Assembly (NCBI GenBank): GCA_963668625.2
Contig: CAXXKA010000001.1
Span: forward strand, 352,001-416,000
Reading direction: 5' to 3'
Source of the DNA: an uncultured candidate division Zixibacteria bacterium
GTDB taxonomy: Bacteria; Zixibacteria; MSB-5A5; UBA10806; 4484-95
Length of the DNA stretch: 64,000 bases
Under the pieces are notes generated by a model that saw only the letters and a program-made list of their open reading frames with translations, was not told the origin of the DNA and made no database searches. Made by a program: the position numbers and the translations under genes. Shown one piece after another: positions 60,401 to 64,000 of the stretch. Within the stretch, counting starts at the first letter, position 1; every line of letters begins with the position of its first letter.

Positions 60401-60471
60401 AAGAACAAAAATCAGTTTTCGATGATATGGATGAATACGAAAGAAAGCTCTTAAAGAAATTCAAGAAATAA
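57469..60471 (+). CDS. Membrane partner-switching regulator: RsbW-like kinase + sensor + HAMP + SpoIIE/PP2C phosphatase + transposase-like HTH
   Basis: EEACTNVIRHAY, DKG, GGLGL (HATPase); 2 TM; KPIQKL..DEFSEIARAFN (HAMP); VGGDYFD, ADVSGKG, SAGH, YTDG, DDIT (PP2C); ACKEMGVSVSTFYKY HTH; start GTG 57469 behind GAGGG. Confidence 0.85.
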   Translation: MFKKPTEIFMSFNAEESMLPDIRSSIDDTIKDLGLSSKDKNGILLAIEEACTNVIRHAYLYGPGTIRLKIRMQPTRVTFSIYDKGRRFDFDHTDTPDLDRYIKTGRKGGLGLYLIRKMMDSVDYYSRGDENELRMIKEVKPRKQAVLKTRGMTIRLKFAIWASLVVFGMVAAISLYYNHRNSVAVEERFFEEARNVAQTTALNAADKIAVDNELELAGLANSLMNGNPNLAYVTIVDENNLVWADVLDPSKFYSQYAYPAGVDSSLEGVFQKYVNSDGEAIYHLIKKISHNEHTLGYVNLGFSETALGDLLKSSQHSILLFALMGLVIGLTAVYLLSAYFVKPIQKLTEGVLKIGQGNLEEALPVEGEDEFSEIARAFNEITTKFKKAQVNVVEQERMQKEMQVAQEIQHALLPNRFPEIEGYELAAVYRAAKDVGGDYFDFVWIDEDTLGIAVADVSGKGVPGSLVMTMIRTAIRLESRGNQNPSEILAKVNDFVAEDVKKGMFITIFFIILDSKSRQISFASAGHNPMILYRKDSDKCYFLNPKGMPLGLTLPDNISFGGDLQTDRLKLKKDDMLVIYTDGITEAMNTRSEQYGNDRLIDFIRDNAHLTPDDFAKMLDKDLAHFTGNAPQNDDITLVVVKEKIMADEIILEKRKQLLMMVENEGVPIADACKEMGVSVSTFYKYRRRWKREGAAGLLNKRLRADEGIKQLPYQARKVLLDVVRENPEWGASRLQQRMAEIGESFTVKNVYDELVNMRLNTKKLRLAYVERVGHLKPEQKEMLEKEILRDAQKEVDRSEYVDGLEKNIEKREVEKITQETGRVISQLKKLKPALENDKVYSEISKELEKLEGGEEIAGLFKTIMRKVDDTIPTAAEPQTPVSSPEPEAETEPSKPEAVPVPEPEPVPEPEAINVSATPEAKFEEEVSEPLEIRPDEKVSEPGEMPTVKRVEVAPQSDEKIEINLKAKSADKDDKKEKEQKSVFDDMDEYERKLLKKFKK

Positions 60472-61214
60472 TGCATAAAGTTGCTGTAATAGCCTCTAAA
60501 GGGGGCACGGGTAAAACCACAACCGCTATAAATCTGGCCCATGCTGTTAGTTTGATGGACAAGAAAGTACTGCTTATCGACTGCGATTCCCAGGGCTCGG
60601 CCTCGCTGGCATTCGAGTTAAACGGTGTGCAAGGCCTTTCAGACCTTCTTTTAACCAACAATGTCGATATATATAATGTTAGACCTAACCTGTATCTTGT
60701 TGGCTCGGGCAGGTCTGATATCTATATGGTAGAGCGTTACTTAGCCCAGCAGGGTGAGGCTGATTATCCTCTGGCAAAAGCGTTAAATCGATTTACCGGC
60801 GTAGATTTGATAATTTTAGATTGCTCCCCGTCGATAAATATAATAAATTCAAACATTCTTAATTATGCGGATCATGTCCTGATTCCTGTTTCGATGGACT
60901 ATTTCGCACTGGAGGGAGCAGCTTTAACGCTGAAAGTGATTAAGGAAATTAGTTCGATCAATAAAAAGCAAATCAATGTTTTAGGATATTTATCAACTTT
61001 TTATGATGTCAGGACTAAAATATCAAAACAGATTTTTGCCGAGCTGAACGAAAAATACCAAAATAAAGTATTCGAGACGCCGATAAGAATTAATACACAG
61101 ATTAAGGAGGCGCAAATGCATCGCAAGACAATATTCGAGTTTGCGCCGTACTCTCACGGGGCTTACGATTATTATCGTTTCGTGAAAGAGGCTTTAGCAA
61201 GGTTAGACGGGTAA
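60471..61214 (+). CDS. ParA/Soj family ATPase (orphan)
   Basis: KGGTGKTT, LLIDCDSQ, ILDCSP, YDVRT; TAATG-coupled to the upstream gene; no parB adjacent. Confidence 0.88.
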   Translation: MHKVAVIASKGGTGKTTTAINLAHAVSLMDKKVLLIDCDSQGSASLAFELNGVQGLSDLLLTNNVDIYNVRPNLYLVGSGRSDIYMVERYLAQQGEADYPLAKALNRFTGVDLIILDCSPSINIINSNILNYADHVLIPVSMDYFALEGAALTLKVIKEISSINKKQINVLGYLSTFYDVRTKISKQIFAELNEKYQNKVFETPIRINTQIKEAQMHRKTIFEFAPYSHGAYDYYRFVKEALARLDG

Positions 61215-61218
61215 TTTT

Positions 61219-62013
61219 ATGAGTGATATCAAGATTTCAGTTGACAGTACTACCGCGCCGGGCAGCGATAAAGAGGTTACCGTAATCCGGGTTGACGGTG
61301 TAATCGATACCATGACCGCCACGGAGCTCGAGAAGGTAGCCAACTCTCTTTTATCCCAGAAGAAGTACAATATTATCGTTGATCTGGGCGGTGTGGATTA
61401 TATATCATCGGCAGGCTGGGGTATATTTATTTCCAATATTCGGGAAATTCGCCTCAATGACGGCGATATAAAGCTGGCCCGGATGATACCCAACGTATAC
61501 GAGATTTTCGAACTACTGGAGTTTGACAGTATCCTCAAAGCATTCGATAATCTTGAAAAGGCCAAAGCGGATTTTGCCGGGGCGGTGCCGGCCGAGCAGA
61601 CGAGGGTCGAGATACTCGAGCCAAAACCTGTCACCGTAGGCAAGCAGAGCTCTGATGGATTGGATGCCCAGCTTGAAAGCGGCCGCCAATCGGATGCAAA
61701 TCTCGGTAGCGCTCCCTCGACGGAGTTCGGGGAGAATGCCGGCAATCCTGATTCACCGCGGATAAAAAACGAAAATACCACCGCCGAGCCGGGTGTGGAA
61801 CAGGCTCCGGCAAGCGTTCGGAAATTCGAGGACGCTATAATGGAAATTATCGGTAAAGACCCTTTTCTCAGTGTCGGCGAAATTAAAAATGCCGTGCTGA
61901 AAGAGTTCCCCAGAACAGGTTTTTTGAAGACCTGGTGGACATTGCGTAAATTGGGTTTAAGTTCGAAAAAGAAACGGTTTTATTTTGCCAGAACCCGCAG
62001 GTTTACTAAGTAG
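61219..62013 (+). CDS. STAS anti-anti-sigma protein with C-terminal HTH-like extension
   Basis: G.IDT, DLGGVDYISSAGWG phosphoserine loop; acidic linker; basic C-terminal domain. Confidence 0.85.
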   Translation: MSDIKISVDSTTAPGSDKEVTVIRVDGVIDTMTATELEKVANSLLSQKKYNIIVDLGGVDYISSAGWGIFISNIREIRLNDGDIKLARMIPNVYEIFELLEFDSILKAFDNLEKAKADFAGAVPAEQTRVEILEPKPVTVGKQSSDGLDAQLESGRQSDANLGSAPSTEFGENAGNPDSPRIKNENTTAEPGVEQAPASVRKFEDAIMEIIGKDPFLSVGEIKNAVLKEFPRTGFLKTWWTLRKLGLSSKKKRFYFARTRRFTK

Positions 62014-62038
62014 TACCGTTAATATTATTTAGAAGTGA

Positions 62039-63853
62039 ATGTTGATTTTTTGGATAATACCACTCAGTATAGTTATTGTACTGGCAGTTATAGCAATTGC
62101 CGTTTTACTTGTCAGGTTATATAAAACCACTAAAAAAACCCGCAAGGTAATAAGCGAACTATACGATCTAAAAACGGACTATAGTTTCAGGGATAAGGTT
62201 TTTCAGCTTAATAAGGCGTTTTTCGGTTTCAGGCATGGCAATCAAAGAAAAAGCCAGTTATTGAAAATCGCCGAGGATCTCAAGGCCGGACTTCACCTGG
62301 GTAAATTCATTATTTACTGTTCACAGAGAAACATGATGCAACCCTCGATGGGGATCGGCTACAAGCTCAGAAGTTTAAATCCGTTCAGGATTGATTTCAT
62401 CGATAAGATAATTCCCACGGAGAGCGGCGGCAAGAAATCGAATCGCAGGAGCTTCACGTTCGATCTCGAGCAAATCAAGCAAATTGCGAACACGGGCGAG
62501 TTGGAAATAGCCCCTGTTGGTATGTTCGGTTTCCTATATAAAGCCGGTAATAATCTCACCCTGTTCATCGGAGAGGACCCACGGGGAGAACTGGCGAAGT
62601 ATTGTACCATCGATGAATTCAATTCCGCGATCTGGCCGCTTCTTAACAGTTTCTGCCAGAATTATAGCCAGATCAAGAAGAATCAGGACAAGGCAAAAAC
62701 ATTGCAATCGCAATTGAAAAACGCACAGACCGAGCTAAGCGGACTTTCACGTAAGCTGAAATATAAATCTATCGATCTGCGTTCGTTTTATAAAATTTCC
62801 AATGAGCTTTTTTCGAATTTCGATGAAGCTCAATTGTTTGATTCGCTGATAAATTCTATAGACAGTGTCTTAAAACCCGCCAATATCGCTATAGTCGTTC
62901 CCGATCCCGATAACAGGGAGTTTTTCCGAATCGCAGCGGCCAAAGGCAAATTGAATCCTGATATGAAAAAGCTGAAATTCCCGGTTGATGATCATATCAG
63001 GAAGCTTCTAAAAACGCGCAAACAGGCAATATTACTGCCAATATTAAGCTCCGGCTTACCTGATGATAATCCGTTTATAGAGATGACTTTAACTCATGGT
63101 TACCTGGTTATGGAGAGATTGGAAGCCGATTCGGAGATAAAAGGTTTGGTGTTAATCGGCGAAAAATCGGATGGTCGTAATTACGAGGATTCGGAACTGG
63201 ATATTTTCTCGACGATTTCCAATATGGCCTCCTTAGCCATGAACAATTTAAAACAGTACCACGTAATAGAGAAAATGTCGTACACTGATTTTCTGACGGA
63301 GGTTTACAACTACCGGTATTTCTACAAACGTCTTCGTGAGGAGATATTTCGCGCTAAAAGATTTGACAGGATGCTGGCATTAGTGATATTTGATATCGAT
63401 AATTTCAAATCGTTTAACGATACCTACGGTCATCAAGCCGGTGATGAGGTTTTGCGAAATCTGGCACGGCTGGTCACCGATAGTGTACGAGCGATCGATA
63501 TCGTAAGCCGATATGGTGGTGAGGAGTTCTGTATTATCATGCCTGATACGGGCTTTGCCAACTGTTTGATATTAGTCGAACGATTGAGAAAAATGATTGA
63601 GGAATATAAATTTAGGAGCGACCTTGTCGATGAAGGTTATAGTATCACAGTGTCGATCGGAGGAGCGATTTACCCTGTAGATGCTCAAACACCTGATCGA
63701 TTCATATACTGTGCCGATATGGCTTTGCTCAAGGCAAAACAGGATGGCAGAAACCGATCGATGATGTTTAATAGTTTAATGCTTGAGGATGAGGCTTTAG
63801 TCAAAGGCTCTCAACAACAATTAACGGATATGAGGATTTATGAGGATTTATAA
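62039..63853 (+). CDS. Membrane-anchored GAF-GGDEF diguanylate cyclase
   Basis: N-terminal TM, coiled coil, GAF, TDFLTEVYN, DIDNFK..NDTYGH, RAID I-site, RYGGEEF. Confidence 0.92.
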   Translation: MLIFWIIPLSIVIVLAVIAIAVLLVRLYKTTKKTRKVISELYDLKTDYSFRDKVFQLNKAFFGFRHGNQRKSQLLKIAEDLKAGLHLGKFIIYCSQRNMMQPSMGIGYKLRSLNPFRIDFIDKIIPTESGGKKSNRRSFTFDLEQIKQIANTGELEIAPVGMFGFLYKAGNNLTLFIGEDPRGELAKYCTIDEFNSAIWPLLNSFCQNYSQIKKNQDKAKTLQSQLKNAQTELSGLSRKLKYKSIDLRSFYKISNELFSNFDEAQLFDSLINSIDSVLKPANIAIVVPDPDNREFFRIAAAKGKLNPDMKKLKFPVDDHIRKLLKTRKQAILLPILSSGLPDDNPFIEMTLTHGYLVMERLEADSEIKGLVLIGEKSDGRNYEDSELDIFSTISNMASLAMNNLKQYHVIEKMSYTDFLTEVYNYRYFYKRLREEIFRAKRFDRMLALVIFDIDNFKSFNDTYGHQAGDEVLRNLARLVTDSVRAIDIVSRYGGEEFCIIMPDTGFANCLILVERLRKMIEEYKFRSDLVDEGYSITVSIGGAIYPVDAQTPDRFIYCADMALLKAKQDGRNRSMMFNSLMLEDEALVKGSQQQLTDMRIYEDL

Positions 63854-64000
63854 GTTAATAATAGCCATATTCGCGGTCTTGACCGTTACTGTATCGGCCC
63901 AGGATGACCAGGCATACAATATCGGCATCGATGATGTCTTGAGCATTACGTTCTGGCAGGAGCCCGATCTTAATTCCGATGTCAGGGTGAGAAACGATGG
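63840..64000 (+). CDS. Polysaccharide biosynthesis/export (Wza/SLBB-type) protein, 5' part only
   Basis: Manual translation MRIYKLIIAIFAVLTVTVSAQDDQAYNIGIDDVLSITFWQEPDLNSDVRVRNDG fits the Poly_export Y.IG..D.L.I..W..PDL...V.V..DG pattern. Confidence 0.8.
   Translation, partial: MRIYKLIIAIFAVLTVTVSAQDDQAYNIGIDDVLSITFWQEPDLNSDVRVRND

Overview
Gene-dense bacterial chromosomal window of moderate GC. It is probably from an FCB-superphylum lineage such as candidate Zixibacteria; this is inferred from several secreted proteins ending in a 'YPNPFN...TLLK' T9SS/FlgD-Ig-type C-terminal domain and from a PorV/PorQ-like barrel. Left to right: partial tadA; two paralogous HAF-repeat secreted proteins around bshB1; a RelE/Gp49-XRE toxin-antitoxin pair between long direct repeats; an ECF sigma/anti-sigma/YbjQ operon; a long housekeeping operon (acyl-CoA ligase, manC, tsaC, YwlE-like phosphatase, FTCD, PHP, metalloprotease, ECF S-component plus an outer-membrane barrel); an aspartyl-protease mini-operon; a candidate sRNA; an ArsR/ArsP/thioredoxin/CcdA/YeeE/Acr3 cluster; an NtrBC-type two-component system with a sigma54-type target operon; and a 2765-aa Ig-repeat adhesin-like protein with an adjacent PorV-TPR gene. 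The most unusual locus is at the right end (57.5-64 kb). A membrane RsbW-kinase/HAMP/PP2C fusion and a STAS protein both appear to carry an IS481-transposase-like DNA-binding HTH without a DDE domain. They are clustered with an orphan ParA, a GAF-GGDEF cyclase and the start of a polysaccharide export gene. No rRNA, tRNA or CRISPR array was seen. All family calls come from motif recognition by eye, not database searches.
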